Of a DNA stretch of 64,000 nt, positions 26,151 through 35,766 are shown piece by piece. The translations under genes and the position numbers were made by a program. The notes beneath the pieces were generated by a model. The model was not told the origin of the DNA, searched no databases, and saw only the letters and a list, made by a program, of their open reading frames with translations. This DNA is from Escherichia phage FL04: the sequence record PP358550, one strand, 5' to 3'. Numbering within the stretch: position 1 is the stretch's first letter; each line of letters opens with the position of its first letter.

Positions 26151-28829
26151 ATGTATTTTCTGTCATGTGAGCGAGTGGGTGATAAGATCTACGAGCGTTA
26201 TATTGATGATGCTGGACAAGAACAAGAGCGTTACGTTGAATATACGCCAACTTTATTTCATCATGCCGCGCCCGGTATGGTTACGAATTATAAAGATATC
26301 TATGGCAAGCCTTGCATTGCTAAAAAATTCCCATCTATGAACGAGGCCAACAAATGGCGTAAAAAGATGGGAGAAATGGGGCAGGAGGCACTAGGGATGG
26401 ATGATTTTATCATCTCCTATCTGTCCGATACATATAAAGGCGAGATTCGATATGACCGAAATAAAATCCGTGTAGCCTGGGTTGATATTGAGGTCACTGC
26501 ACCGGAATTTCCTAAACCAGAAGAAGCGAAATATCCTATCGATGCTATTACGCATTATGATTCCGTACATGATCGTTTCTTTGTATTTGATTTGAAAGGA
26601 AAAAACGGTGAAATCTGGGAAGCAAGCAAGTCTATTCTTCGACCTGATATTGTAGAGCGCGTTGTTTATAACGTCTATGACACAGAAGATGAATTGCTGT
26701 TAGAATACATCCGATTCTTTGAGGAAAACCGACCCGTTGGTTTCACTGGCTGGAACACAGAAACATTCGATATTCCATATATCATTAAACGTATCAGTAA
26801 TAAGTTCGGAAGTAGAACCGCTAACCGTCTAAGCCCATGCGGTAAGATTAAATCCCGAATCTCGCAGGATGATTTTGGCAACGAGCGTGAAGCATTTACG
26901 ATCATGGGGATCGAAAGCCTTGATTATATTGACCTGTACAAGAAATTTAGCTTTACGACTCAACCAACATATGCATTAGATTATGTTGCTGAATACGAGA
27001 CAGGAATCGGTAAGGTTGATTATGATGGTCCGTTAAAGAAATTGCGTGATGACAACCATCAACTTTACATCGATTATAACATCGGCGACGTTGATCGTGT
27101 GCTGGCGATTGATAAAAAGCGTGGATTTATCGATCTTGTGTATAGTCTATGTTTCTATGCAAAGATTAAATTTAACCATGTTTATAACCCGATGAAAGTA
27201 TGGGATGCTATTATCTTCGGATCTCTGAAAGCAGAGGGTAAAGTAGTACCGGAAAATAAGATACAGCCTAAGCAGACTTATCCTGGCGCATTCGTAAAAG
27301 AACCTGTACCGAATGCTTACCGTTGGATGATGAGCTTTGACTTAACAAGTCTGTACCCATCTATTATTCGACAGGTTAATATTTCTCCTGAAACAATCGC
27401 TGGATCTTTTGATGCTGCACCGATGCACGAGTATATCAATAAAACTGCACCACGTCCGAGTGATGAGTATTCTTGCTCGCCTAACGGATGGATGTATAGA
27501 AAAGATATTCACGGTATCGTACCGATTGAGATTAAAAAGGTATTCGATCAGCGTAAGCAGTACAAAAACATGATGTTGGCATGTGATCGCAATGCTGAAC
27601 TCTGTAAAGCGATTCTACACGATGAAAATCATGTTTATGGGGGAACCATTAGCTATAGCGTTGAAGTGCGTCACGACTTCGATGAAGCGTTTAAATCGAT
27701 GCTTTCTGAATTGAGCAAAGATGCCTTAGAGAAATTGCTGGAAGAATGTAAAGACGAGTCGATCTTGTGCAATACAAACCAGCTTTCTCGAAAAGTTTTG
27801 ATCAACTCCCTTTATGGTGCGTTGGGGAATCCTAAATTCCGTTTTTATGATCTCCGTAACGCTAGTGCGATCACACTGTTCGGTCAGCTTGCAATTCAGT
27901 GGATTGAGCGTAAGATTAACGAATACTTAAACGAGCTTTGCGGAACGACTGATTTTGCATATGTTCGTTATTGTGATACTGACTCCGTTTATGTGCTGGT
28001 TAACAATGTTATTGATAAGGTTGGCGGGGAAGACCGTTTCGACGATACCGAAAAACTTGTTGACTTCCTTGATAATTTCGGTAAACATCGAATGGAACCT
28101 ATTATCGACAAGGGATATCGCGAGTTATGCGAGTATATGAACAACTATGAGCACTTGATGTTTATGGACCGTGAGGCAATTGCTGGTCCTCCGTTGAAAT
28201 CTGCGGGTATCGGTGGATTCTGGACTGGTAAAAAGCGTTATGCTCTTAATGTTTGGGATATGGAAGGAACGCGCTTTGCTGAACCTAAGCTAAAAATCAT
28301 GGGCTTGGAAACGCAACGTAGCTCCACCCCTAAAGCATGTCAGAAATCACTGAAAGAATGTATTCGCCGTATGTTGCAGGAAGGTGAAGAGTCATTGCAG
28401 GAATACTACGGTATTTTTGAGCAAGAATTTAGAAAACTTGACTATCTTGATGTTGCTGCGGTATCATCTGCAAACAACCTACAGAAATACAGCGATTCAA
28501 ACGGGTATCCGATTAAGGGTTGTCCGTATGCGGTTAAGAGTGTATTGTGTTATAATCGTAATGCTCGAAAATTCGGACTAGACCCGATTCGTGAGGGTGA
28601 GAAGGTTATGATTGTACCGCTTAAAGACCGAAATCCGTTTGGAGAAATCTGTTTTGGTTGGTTGTCTGGTACTCGTATTCCACCAGAAATTGAATCAGAG
28701 GTGTTGAAGTGGTTGGACTGGCCTTTGTTGTTTAATAAGACTTTCGTCAAACCACTGGAGAACATTACCACGGCTGCAAAGCTGCAATATGAAAAAGTTG
28801 CTTCACTGACTGACCTGTTTGACATTTAA
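26151..28829 (+). CDS. 43: DNA polymerase (family B) gp43
   Basis: ATG 26151; exonuclease and polymerase motifs (FDIE, SLYPSIIRQVNISPET, YCDTDS) and end-to-end similarity to T4 gp43. Confidence 0.97.
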   Translation: MYFLSCERVGDKIYERYIDDAGQEQERYVEYTPTLFHHAAPGMVTNYKDIYGKPCIAKKFPSMNEANKWRKKMGEMGQEALGMDDFIISYLSDTYKGEIRYDRNKIRVAWVDIEVTAPEFPKPEEAKYPIDAITHYDSVHDRFFVFDLKGKNGEIWEASKSILRPDIVERVVYNVYDTEDELLLEYIRFFEENRPVGFTGWNTETFDIPYIIKRISNKFGSRTANRLSPCGKIKSRISQDDFGNEREAFTIMGIESLDYIDLYKKFSFTTQPTYALDYVAEYETGIGKVDYDGPLKKLRDDNHQLYIDYNIGDVDRVLAIDKKRGFIDLVYSLCFYAKIKFNHVYNPMKVWDAIIFGSLKAEGKVVPENKIQPKQTYPGAFVKEPVPNAYRWMMSFDLTSLYPSIIRQVNISPETIAGSFDAAPMHEYINKTAPRPSDEYSCSPNGWMYRKDIHGIVPIEIKKVFDQRKQYKNMMLACDRNAELCKAILHDENHVYGGTISYSVEVRHDFDEAFKSMLSELSKDALEKLLEECKDESILCNTNQLSRKVLINSLYGALGNPKFRFYDLRNASAITLFGQLAIQWIERKINEYLNELCGTTDFAYVRYCDTDSVYVLVNNVIDKVGGEDRFDDTEKLVDFLDNFGKHRMEPIIDKGYRELCEYMNNYEHLMFMDREAIAGPPLKSAGIGGFWTGKKRYALNVWDMEGTRFAEPKLKIMGLETQRSSTPKACQKSLKECIRRMLQEGEESLQEYYGIFEQEFRKLDYLDVAAVSSANNLQKYSDSNGYPIKGCPYAVKSVLCYNRNARKFGLDPIREGEKVMIVPLKDRNPFGEICFGWLSGTRIPPEIESEVLKWLDWPLLFNKTFVKPLENITTAAKLQYEKVASLTDLFDI

Positions 28830-28846
28830 GATAAAGTGTGTATAAT
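28819..28846 (+). promoter_or_regulatory. sigma70-type promoter (extended -10), inside 3' end of gene 43
   Basis: TTGACA 28819-28824, spacer 16, TGTGTATAAT ending 28846; GC-rich leader hairpin 28847-28873. Confidence 0.5.
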
Positions 28847-28890
28847 GGCGGGTGTTGGGTGACGATACCCGCCAATGTGAGAAATATATT

Positions 28891-29079
28891 ATGAGAGACA
28901 TTGAAAAGATTAAACGTGAACGTGAGGAAGGCATAGAGCACTTCAAGAAAGTTCATGGAAATCACAGCAACGAAGTATTTGTGACGATCGATGTTGATGC
29001 GATGAAAAAGTTAATTCAAGAGCACTACAAAGATCGAATAACAATGAAGCAATTAAAGTATTACGGATTAACTGAATAG
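28891..29079 (+). CDS. hypothetical protein
   Basis: ATG 28891 after GAGAAATATATT; occupies the slot where T4 has imm/42/beta-gt. Confidence 0.5.
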   Translation: MRDIEKIKREREEGIEHFKKVHGNHSNEVFVTIDVDAMKKLIQEHYKDRITMKQLKYYGLTE

Positions 29080-29090
29080 AGGTATTAATA

Positions 29091-30161
29091 ATGTCTGTAC
29101 TGGAAAAACTGAAAAAGAACTCTACCCTGAAAACTACTGCGGTACTGTCTAAATCCAGCTTCTTTAACGAAAAAACAAATACTCGCACTAAGATCCCGAT
29201 GCTGAATATTGCGTTTTCAGGTGATCTTAAAAAGGGCTTTCAATCTGGTCTGATTTTCTTTGCTGGTCCGTCTAAGCACTTTAAATCAAACATGGGATTA
29301 ACTTGTGTTAGTGCATACATGAAACAGAATCCTGATGCGGCGTGTTTGTTCTTTGATTCTGAGTTCGGTATTACACCCGCTTATCTTGAATCTATGGGTG
29401 TAGATCCTGATCGCGTGGTGCATGTTCCAATCAAGAACATCGAAGAACTTAAATTTGAAATCATGAACCAGCTTGAGCAAATTACCCGTGAAGATAAAGT
29501 GATCATCTTTATTGACTCAATCGGTAACTTAGCAAGTAAAAAAGAAGTTGAAGACGCGATTAATGAGAAATCCGCACAGGATATGACGCGAGCTAAAGCA
29601 CTTAAAGGCTTGTTCCGTATGGTGACGCCATATCTGACTATGAATGATATCCCGTGCATCGCTATTAACCACACTTACGAAACGCAAGAAATGTTTAGTA
29701 AGACCGTTATGTCCGGCGGTACGGGCGCGATGTATTCAGCCAATGAAGTTTTCATTATTGGTCGTCGTCAGCAGAAAGAAGGAACCGAAATTACTGGTTA
29801 TGATTTTATCCTGAATGCGGAAAAATCACGAACCGTTAAAGAAAAATCGAAGTTCCCGATTAGCGTAACATTTAGCGGTGGCATCGATCCTTATTCCGGC
29901 TTGCTGGAATTGGCTGTAGAGTTAGGCTGGGTAGTGAAACCGTCAAACGGCTGGTATTCCCGTTCAATCCTAAATACCGAGACCGGAGAGATGGAAACCG
30001 AAGAACGCAAGTTCCGTGCTAAAGAAACCAATAGCATTGAGTTCTGGAAACCACTTCTGACAAACGATAAGTTTAACGAAGCAATCAACGATCATTATAA
30101 GCTGGGGCAAGTGATCAGCGACGAAGCAGTTGACAAAGAAATCGAAGATATGTTAGCATAA
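29091..30161 (+). CDS. uvsX: recombinase UvsX (RecA-like)
   Basis: Strong similarity to T4 UvsX throughout (KIPMLNIAFSG, GPSKHFKSN, INHTYETQEMFSKTVM). Confidence 0.95.
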   Translation: MSVLEKLKKNSTLKTTAVLSKSSFFNEKTNTRTKIPMLNIAFSGDLKKGFQSGLIFFAGPSKHFKSNMGLTCVSAYMKQNPDAACLFFDSEFGITPAYLESMGVDPDRVVHVPIKNIEELKFEIMNQLEQITREDKVIIFIDSIGNLASKKEVEDAINEKSAQDMTRAKALKGLFRMVTPYLTMNDIPCIAINHTYETQEMFSKTVMSGGTGAMYSANEVFIIGRRQQKEGTEITGYDFILNAEKSRTVKEKSKFPISVTFSGGIDPYSGLLELAVELGWVVKPSNGWYSRSILNTETGEMETEERKFRAKETNSIEFWKPLLTNDKFNEAINDHYKLGQVISDEAVDKEIEDMLA

Positions 30162-30173
30162 CAATGGTAGTAA

Positions 30174-30195
30174 AGGGGCTACGTGCCCCTTTTTC
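30174..30195 (+). terminator. rho-independent terminator
   Basis: AGGGGC-TACGT-GCCCCT hairpin plus TTTTT. Confidence 0.6.
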
Positions 30196-30216
30196 ATATC
30201 TAGAGAGGATTATATT

Positions 30217-30534
30217 ATGGATAAGAAACCAACAAGTTTAGAAGAAGCACACAGCTTGATTCAAGAAGCAATGAAGACAGTTATCCAGGAACTGATAATT
30301 GTTGATGAAGAGGGAGAACATCATATTGTCTATATTCATAATGTTGAATACGATCCAGACACTAAAGGTATTGTGGTCGACTACTCCACGCCGTCAGATC
30401 GTGATGTGGTATATCCACACGTCATTAAGGCGTTAACCGCGCAGATCAAAGAAGCAGAAGAAAAGTTGAAAAAAGAAACTTTCTGGTATAAACTCAAGAC
30501 CTTTGTTATGCGTGTAGTTGGGGGCTATGTATGA
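30217..30534 (+). CDS. hypothetical protein (positional equivalent of T4 gene 40)
   Basis: GAGGATTATATT-ATG; hydrophobic C-terminus; lies between uvsX and 41. Confidence 0.5.
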   Translation: MDKKPTSLEEAHSLIQEAMKTVIQELIIVDEEGEHHIVYIHNVEYDPDTKGIVVDYSTPSDRDVVYPHVIKALTAQIKEAEEKLKKETFWYKLKTFVMRVVGGYV

Positions 30535-31943
30535 TTAAAACTATCTTTTCACAGTTGATTTACAATGGCGCATTCTTTACGAATGTATGGCCTCACCTTA
30601 AAGCGGACTACTTCACCGAAGACGAAGAAAAACTGATTTATAAGCTGATTAAAAAGCACGTAGACGAATATTCCAATATTCCTACGCCAACAGCATTACA
30701 GATTGCTTTAGACAAGGAGAGAGGCAATCAGACAACATATGAAGGGGCGAAAACTCTTCTTGATTCGCTTGAGAATACACCGGAAGACCTTGATTGGTTA
30801 ATGAAGGAAACCGAAAAATTTATTCGTGACCGTGCTATGTACAATGCAATGTCACGGGCGCTAGAGATTCAGGCGAACGCACAACTACCAAAAGAGAAAC
30901 AGAATAAGAAATTGCCGAGTGAGGGTGCTATTCCTGAGATCATGCAGGAAGCACTATCCATTACGTTTGATTCTGATGTAGGTCATGACTGGTTTAATGA
31001 CTTTGAAAAACGATTCTTGCTATATCAGACTAAGGCGAATAAGATCCCGTTTAAGCTGCCGATGTTGAATAAAATCACGAAAGGAGGGGCGGAAAGAAAA
31101 ACGCTAAATGTGTTGCTTGCTGGTGTAAACGTTGGTAAATCGCTTGGCTTGTGTTCTCTTGCTGCGGATTATATGGAATGTGGTTATGATGTATTGTATA
31201 TCTCAATGGAGATGGCAGAGCATGTAGTAGCAAAACGTATCGACGCAAACTTGCTTGACATTACATTAGATGAATTGGATAATGGTAATGTTTCTTTTGC
31301 GGAATATTCCGCACGTATGAAGCGTGTTAAGAATAAGAAGATCGGAGATCGTCCGGTTGGAAAATTGATGATCAAGCAGTATCCGACTGGTGGCGCGAAC
31401 TCCAATCACTTTGAGGCGTTAATGAATGAATTGCGACTCAAGAAACAGTTTAAACCTGATGTTGTGATTGTTGACTATCTGGGGATTTGCGCATCGTCTC
31501 GCTTGCGTGTATACTCTGAAAATAGTTACACACTAGTTAAGGCGATTGCGGAAGAACTGCGAGGTTTTTTTGTTAAGTGGGATGTTGTTGGTTGGACTGC
31601 GGCACAGACTACCCGTGCTGGTTGGGATGCTTCCGACCTTAACATGAGTGATACCGCTGAATCAGCAGGTCTTCCGGCTACAGCAGATTTTATGTTGGGT
31701 GTTATTGAAACCGAAGACCTGGCTAAAATGGGCGTCCAACTCATGAAGCAGATCAAGTCTCGTTACGGTGATAAGAACTATTATTCACGGTTTAACGTTG
31801 GTGTGAAAAAAGGCAATCAGCGTTGGTATGAAGTACCAAACCAGATCGCAGATCAGGAGAATGCACAAGTTAAACCACAAAGCGCACAGCAAGCCGAGAA
31901 ACGAGAAAAACTCGACGAGCTAGCAAATAACATGACTTTCTAA
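30531..31943 (+). CDS. 41: replicative DNA helicase gp41 (DnaB-like)
   Basis: Walker A GVNVGKSLGLCSLAADY and extensive similarity to T4 gp41. Confidence 0.95.
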   Translation: MIKTIFSQLIYNGAFFTNVWPHLKADYFTEDEEKLIYKLIKKHVDEYSNIPTPTALQIALDKERGNQTTYEGAKTLLDSLENTPEDLDWLMKETEKFIRDRAMYNAMSRALEIQANAQLPKEKQNKKLPSEGAIPEIMQEALSITFDSDVGHDWFNDFEKRFLLYQTKANKIPFKLPMLNKITKGGAERKTLNVLLAGVNVGKSLGLCSLAADYMECGYDVLYISMEMAEHVVAKRIDANLLDITLDELDNGNVSFAEYSARMKRVKNKKIGDRPVGKLMIKQYPTGGANSNHFEALMNELRLKKQFKPDVVIVDYLGICASSRLRVYSENSYTLVKAIAEELRGFFVKWDVVGWTAAQTTRAGWDASDLNMSDTAESAGLPATADFMLGVIETEDLAKMGVQLMKQIKSRYGDKNYYSRFNVGVKKGNQRWYEVPNQIADQENAQVKPQSAQQAEKREKLDELANNMTF

Positions 31944-31949
31944 TAAAAT

Positions 31950-31965
31950 GCGCCCTGCGGGGCGC
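31950..31965 (+). other. GC-rich tetraloop hairpin (weak terminator or RNA stability element)
   Basis: GCGCCC-TGCG-GGGCGC directly after gene 41 stop; no U-tract. Confidence 0.35.
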
Positions 31966-31993
31966 TGGTGAATGATTTGATAGGAGATATAAC

Positions 31994-32629
31994 ATGATCG
32001 CTAATGCTTTACCGCCAAAATGGATCGTAAGTCGCTTTTATACTCTCAAGGAAGGTAACGCACCTGATGGTCGTCCGATCCGAGATCTGTTTCTGGAGAT
32101 GACTACAGCCGAAGCACAGTTTTATAATGATCTGACAGACGATAAGCCATTTCTCGTAAATTCGGTGGACCTTGATGGCAATGTCACATCAATCATCACA
32201 CATGGTGGGGGAGTGAAAAATATTACTTCTCTGCGTGATCACGGTTGGGAAATTGCTTGTGTATTTCCTGCGGATGTACGCGGATTCTTTGATGAGGTAT
32301 CTGATATTAAAGTAAATGCACTGGAACCATATGACGAGATCCCACCACTGAAAGAAGAAAAAGAGTTGACACCAGAAGATGTAGATAGTACACTACACCC
32401 AGACCTATTTAAGAAGATTAGCGGTTTATGGACTGTTACCCTGTATCCAACCGCATTAGGTCTAGAATTGGGTATGCCAACTTATTCTGATATTGATAAC
32501 TGGAATAAGAGCATTGATAAAGAGGTTACAAGAGAGCGAAATAATGCTAAAATGCAACTTAAAGAGAAACGCAAAAATCTTGAACGACAACTGAAAGAAA
32601 CAAAACATTTGCTTTCTACATTCGATTGA
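31994..32629 (+). CDS. hypothetical protein, multi-copy domain family plus coiled-coil tail
   Basis: PKWIVSRFYTLKEG...VRGFFDEV shares family motifs. Confidence 0.55.
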   Translation: MIANALPPKWIVSRFYTLKEGNAPDGRPIRDLFLEMTTAEAQFYNDLTDDKPFLVNSVDLDGNVTSIITHGGGVKNITSLRDHGWEIACVFPADVRGFFDEVSDIKVNALEPYDEIPPLKEEKELTPEDVDSTLHPDLFKKISGLWTVTLYPTALGLELGMPTYSDIDNWNKSIDKEVTRERNNAKMQLKEKRKNLERQLKETKHLLSTFD

Positions 32630-32659
32630 TCTATAATGAAACTCTAAGGAGACTATATT

Positions 32660-33037
32660 ATGAAAAATATGATTACGCCGGAAGATGTAGCATTCAAAAC
32701 CGCATTCAACGGAGATATTCTTATTTTTATCGACGGTAAACACGCCGGAATGATTGAACCGGAAGGTCGCTGGGGTGTTGCTGAACTATATAACGTGGCG
32801 GGTGTAGAAGGTCATAAAACAGCACTTGTTTTCTTGTCAGATAAAGATCAAATGCGTCGAAAAATTGCTGCGCTCTATAATGAAGCAGTATATTTCTACG
32901 AACCGTTTCATCGTATTAAAACGATCTCCCGCGTGACTCGAAAAGATGTTAATGCTTGTGTTATCAAGATTGTAGAGAATCAGGATAAACTGACGAAAGA
33001 CCAGATTGTTGACTTACTGAAAGAGATTATTCTATGA
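32660..33037 (+). CDS. hypothetical protein
   Basis: AAGGAGACTATATT-ATG. Confidence 0.55.
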   Translation: MKNMITPEDVAFKTAFNGDILIFIDGKHAGMIEPEGRWGVAELYNVAGVEGHKTALVFLSDKDQMRRKIAALYNEAVYFYEPFHRIKTISRVTRKDVNACVIKIVENQDKLTKDQIVDLLKEIIL

Positions 33038-33210
33038 TTGGATTTAAACAGTTTGTTGAAGAAAATAAACTCAAAGAAGATATGACCGCTGGCGATGCTG
33101 GCGGCAATCCTGAGAAGATCGCAGCAGGGGAAACGAGCGGATCTATTACCAATCGTGGACCTAGTGTAGCGGGTAAAGAAAAACGCAAAAAGGAGAAAGA
33201 CGGTGCTTAG
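33034..33210 (+). CDS. hypothetical small protein
   Basis: 58-aa ORF (below track cutoff), ATGA overlap with upstream stop. Confidence 0.3.
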   Translation: MIGFKQFVEENKLKEDMTAGDAGGNPEKIAAGETSGSITNRGPSVAGKEKRKKEKDGA

Positions 33211-33361
33211 TATCATCATGTTTATCGTTGGCTTGCTGTCCGCTATTGTCGGTGTTGTTGTTTTCGGATTATCTGGACACAAAACAAAAACAGAAAAGTT
33301 ATCCGAGATCACAATGTATGTTGGTGTAGTTCTCATTCTGTTGTCGGTGGCGCTTAAATGA
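33203..33361 (+). CDS. hypothetical small hydrophobic (two-helix) peptide
   Basis: GTG start after AGGAG; 52 aa with two hydrophobic stretches. Confidence 0.35.
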   Translation: MLSIIMFIVGLLSAIVGVVVFGLSGHKTKTEKLSEITMYVGVVLILLSVALK

Positions 33362-33561
33362 TTACGATGAAATGTCTTAAAAGCACATATGCACTTTTTG
33401 AAGCCGGAAAAGAATATGAATTTACAGAACTTGATTCGGTAGGCCGTTTTCGTGTATTCTCTTACACATCGCCAGATGGTAGTGTCTACAAATTTGGCTT
33501 AGATGAGAACGGAGAGAATGAAAATGAAAGTGTGGGAACTTTCATGAAATTTGAGCTATAA
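33358..33561 (+). CDS. hypothetical protein
   Basis: 67-aa ORF between 41 and 61. Confidence 0.45.
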   Translation: MITMKCLKSTYALFEAGKEYEFTELDSVGRFRVFSYTSPDGSVYKFGLDENGENENESVGTFMKFEL

Positions 33562-33570
33562 GAGGTTAAT

Positions 33571-34599
33571 ATGATTTACTACGCAGATTATGAAATAGCG
33601 GAAAAAGCCATATACGGCGAACGAAATTTTAAACGGTTGCATACTAGCTCATTTACGCTGGTCTGTAGTTGTCCGATCTGCGGTGACTCAAAGAAAAATC
33701 ATACTCAAGCGCGATTCCGTATCTATACCTATAAGGATAGTTTGCGTTGCGGCTGTTTCAACTGTAACTACAATCAGCCGTTAGGTGAATTTCTCAAACA
33801 GTATAAGCCGGACCTATTCAGGGAATGGCTTATGGAACGACGGAAGGAACAAGGCGACCACAAGAACACCACGTTCAAGCCACTGAAAAAGGTAGAAAAG
33901 CCGGAGATTAAGAAAGTGCAAACATTGCCTTTCTGCGAGAGATTAGATACTCTTCCGGCTAATCATCCTATAATAAAGTATGTCAGTGATCGCTGTATTC
34001 CTCACGATAAATGGGATCTTCTGTATTTCACTAGAGAATGGCAAAAGGTAGCAAATCACATTAAGGCTGATACTTTCAAGAATCCACAACCTGAACCGCG
34101 TTTAGTGATTCCTATCTTTAACCGCGAGAACAAGATAGAATCCATTCAGGGGCGAGCATTGAGAAAGGATTACGGAAAGACCAAATATATGACGATTAAA
34201 ACTCATGAGTTAGCGAGTAAGGTCTATGGTCTTGAACGCGCCGATCCGAGTAAACCAGTGTATTTCTTAGAAGGTCCGATCGATTCATTGTTTATTGATA
34301 ACGGGTGTGCAATTACTGGCGGTACTTTGGGATTAGATGAAATCCCTTTCCCAGACCAGCGAGTGTTTGTACTTGATGCGGAACCACGGTCTGCCGATAC
34401 AATGCACCGACTGGAAAAGTTTATCAATGCAGGTGAAAAGATTGTATTGTGGGACCGTTGCCCGTGGCATTCTAAAGACGTTAACGCCATGATTCAGGAC
34501 GAGGGCGCTACACGCGACCAGATCATGGAATATATCAAAGAGAACACCGTACAAGGTCTGATGGCTAAAATGCGGTTTATGAAATATTGTAAATTTTAA
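33571..34599 (+). CDS. 61: DNA primase gp61
   Basis: N-terminal zinc ribbon CPICGDSKKN...C..C; Toprim-like region; 342 aa as in T4. Confidence 0.9.
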   Translation: MIYYADYEIAEKAIYGERNFKRLHTSSFTLVCSCPICGDSKKNHTQARFRIYTYKDSLRCGCFNCNYNQPLGEFLKQYKPDLFREWLMERRKEQGDHKNTTFKPLKKVEKPEIKKVQTLPFCERLDTLPANHPIIKYVSDRCIPHDKWDLLYFTREWQKVANHIKADTFKNPQPEPRLVIPIFNRENKIESIQGRALRKDYGKTKYMTIKTHELASKVYGLERADPSKPVYFLEGPIDSLFIDNGCAITGGTLGLDEIPFPDQRVFVLDAEPRSADTMHRLEKFINAGEKIVLWDRCPWHSKDVNAMIQDEGATRDQIMEYIKENTVQGLMAKMRFMKYCKF

Positions 34600-34613
34600 T
34601 TAATGAGGTGAAT

Positions 34614-35132
34614 ATGTCAGAATTTAATTCTTGTGCTGGTCTGGTTAACGAAAAAGATATTAACGCGGCTATCGCCGCATATCATCACGCTATTGCAGAA
34701 GGTAAAGATCCGTTTCAGGTGATGCTAGAAATGCAAACTGGTTTGCAGGTTGCATTATCAGAAAAATTTGATTGGGTCCCAAATCCAACTAAGCTAGAGA
34801 CTTGCGGTGAAATGCTGGATTGGATGCAGCGGATGGATGACGCTATCGCAGACGAAACACGAGAGCTTTACACATCGCTGGGTGGAATGTCCAATGGTAA
34901 AGATGCAAGTGCAATCTGGAAAATGTGGAAAAAGAACCACGGGGAAGCGCGAGCGCGTAAATTCTCTGAACTGTCACCGGAAGATCAGCTTGAAGTGAAA
35001 TTTGAATTTGTGGATGCGATCCACTTCATTCTGTCAAAGATGATCCCGCTGGGTATTGACGCTCAAGAACTCTTTATTCTGTACTATCTGAAAAATGCTG
35101 AAAACTTCGCCCGTCAAGAACGCGGCTACTAA
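34614..35132 (+). CDS. 56: dCTP pyrophosphatase (MazG-like) gp56
   Basis: ATG 34614; all-alpha NTP-PPase pattern (E..E..D, LYYLKNAENFARQ); position after 61 as in T4. Confidence 0.7.
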   Translation: MSEFNSCAGLVNEKDINAAIAAYHHAIAEGKDPFQVMLEMQTGLQVALSEKFDWVPNPTKLETCGEMLDWMQRMDDAIADETRELYTSLGGMSNGKDASAIWKMWKKNHGEARARKFSELSPEDQLEVKFEFVDAIHFILSKMIPLGIDAQELFILYYLKNAENFARQERGY

Positions 35133-35139
35133 AAATTAG

Positions 35140-35168
35140 TTGACACTACTCTATAATGGTTTTATTAT
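35140..35168 (+). promoter_or_regulatory. sigma70-type promoter
   Basis: TTGACA 35140-35145, spacer 17, TATTAT 35163-35168. Confidence 0.45.
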
Positions 35169-35201
35169 GCCTCCCGTCGAAAGATTGGAGGCTTTTTTAT
35201 T
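35169..35201 (+). terminator. hairpin plus T-tract that also contains the RBS of the downstream gene
   Basis: GCCTCC-N12-GGAGGC followed by TTTTTTATT; GGAGG lies in the 3' arm. Confidence 0.5.
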
Positions 35202-35705
35202 ATGCAATTTACACCAGAAGAACTTAACATCATTGATGAATTGATGAACTCTAAAGAAAATATCGATATGTCGATCCTTAATGGATTGATCGAAAAGACT
35301 GAACGGTTAGTGCATCATGAAGCCTTGTATCGCGGTGTGAGCAAAAGAGAAGGCCGTAAGCTGGATACCTTAATTGTAGGTGATTCTTTCGTTGTAGATC
35401 GTCCTATGAGCTTTACGCCACTGCAATCAACAGCAGAGGACTTTGCAACCGATGTTTATGCAACAGGAAAGATTATTGCAATAAAACCTACCAAGCCTTG
35501 CATGAATTATTACGAACATGCTATTGACCGAGTGGTGTCTAAAGAGTATGACAATCCGACTACTCGACTGTCTTTGTATGCTATGTTGGCAGATGAGCGC
35601 GAGTGCATATACAAGACAGGGACGACCATGATCCTTGATGAGATCGAGGAAGTTTACGCGTGTAATGGCGATCTGATAGAGATTTACAAATTTTCTTTAA
35701 TTTAA
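35202..35705 (+). CDS. hypothetical protein, candidate ADP-ribosyltransferase (ModA/ModB-like)
   Basis: 167 aa; R (LYRGVS), S-T (QSTAED) and E-x-E (DEIEEV) motifs in ART-like order; lies in the 56-dda interval where T4 encodes modA/modB. Confidence 0.5.
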   Translation: MQFTPEELNIIDELMNSKENIDMSILNGLIEKTERLVHHEALYRGVSKREGRKLDTLIVGDSFVVDRPMSFTPLQSTAEDFATDVYATGKIIAIKPTKPCMNYYEHAIDRVVSKEYDNPTTRLSLYAMLADERECIYKTGTTMILDEIEEVYACNGDLIEIYKFSLI

Positions 35706-35708
35706 GTG

Positions 35709-35737
35709 TTGACAGCACAAACCAGATAGACAATAAT
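35709..35737 (+). promoter_or_regulatory. candidate sigma70-type promoter
   Basis: TTGACA 35709-35714, spacer 17, weak -10 AATAAT. Confidence 0.35.
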
Positions 35738-35766
35738 ACACACATACCAACTAAGGAGAATCAATT

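Noticed and set aside
8809-28829. Group I introns or inteins in nrdD and DNA polymerase, as occur in some T4-like phages
   Set aside because: Both genes are single continuous ORFs of the expected length with all conserved motifs in order; no insertion visible.
35152-35157. TATAAT hexamer 6 bp after the TTGACA at 35140 as the -10 of that promoter
   Set aside because: The spacer is far too short; the TATTAT at 35163-35168 gives a canonical 17-bp spacer.
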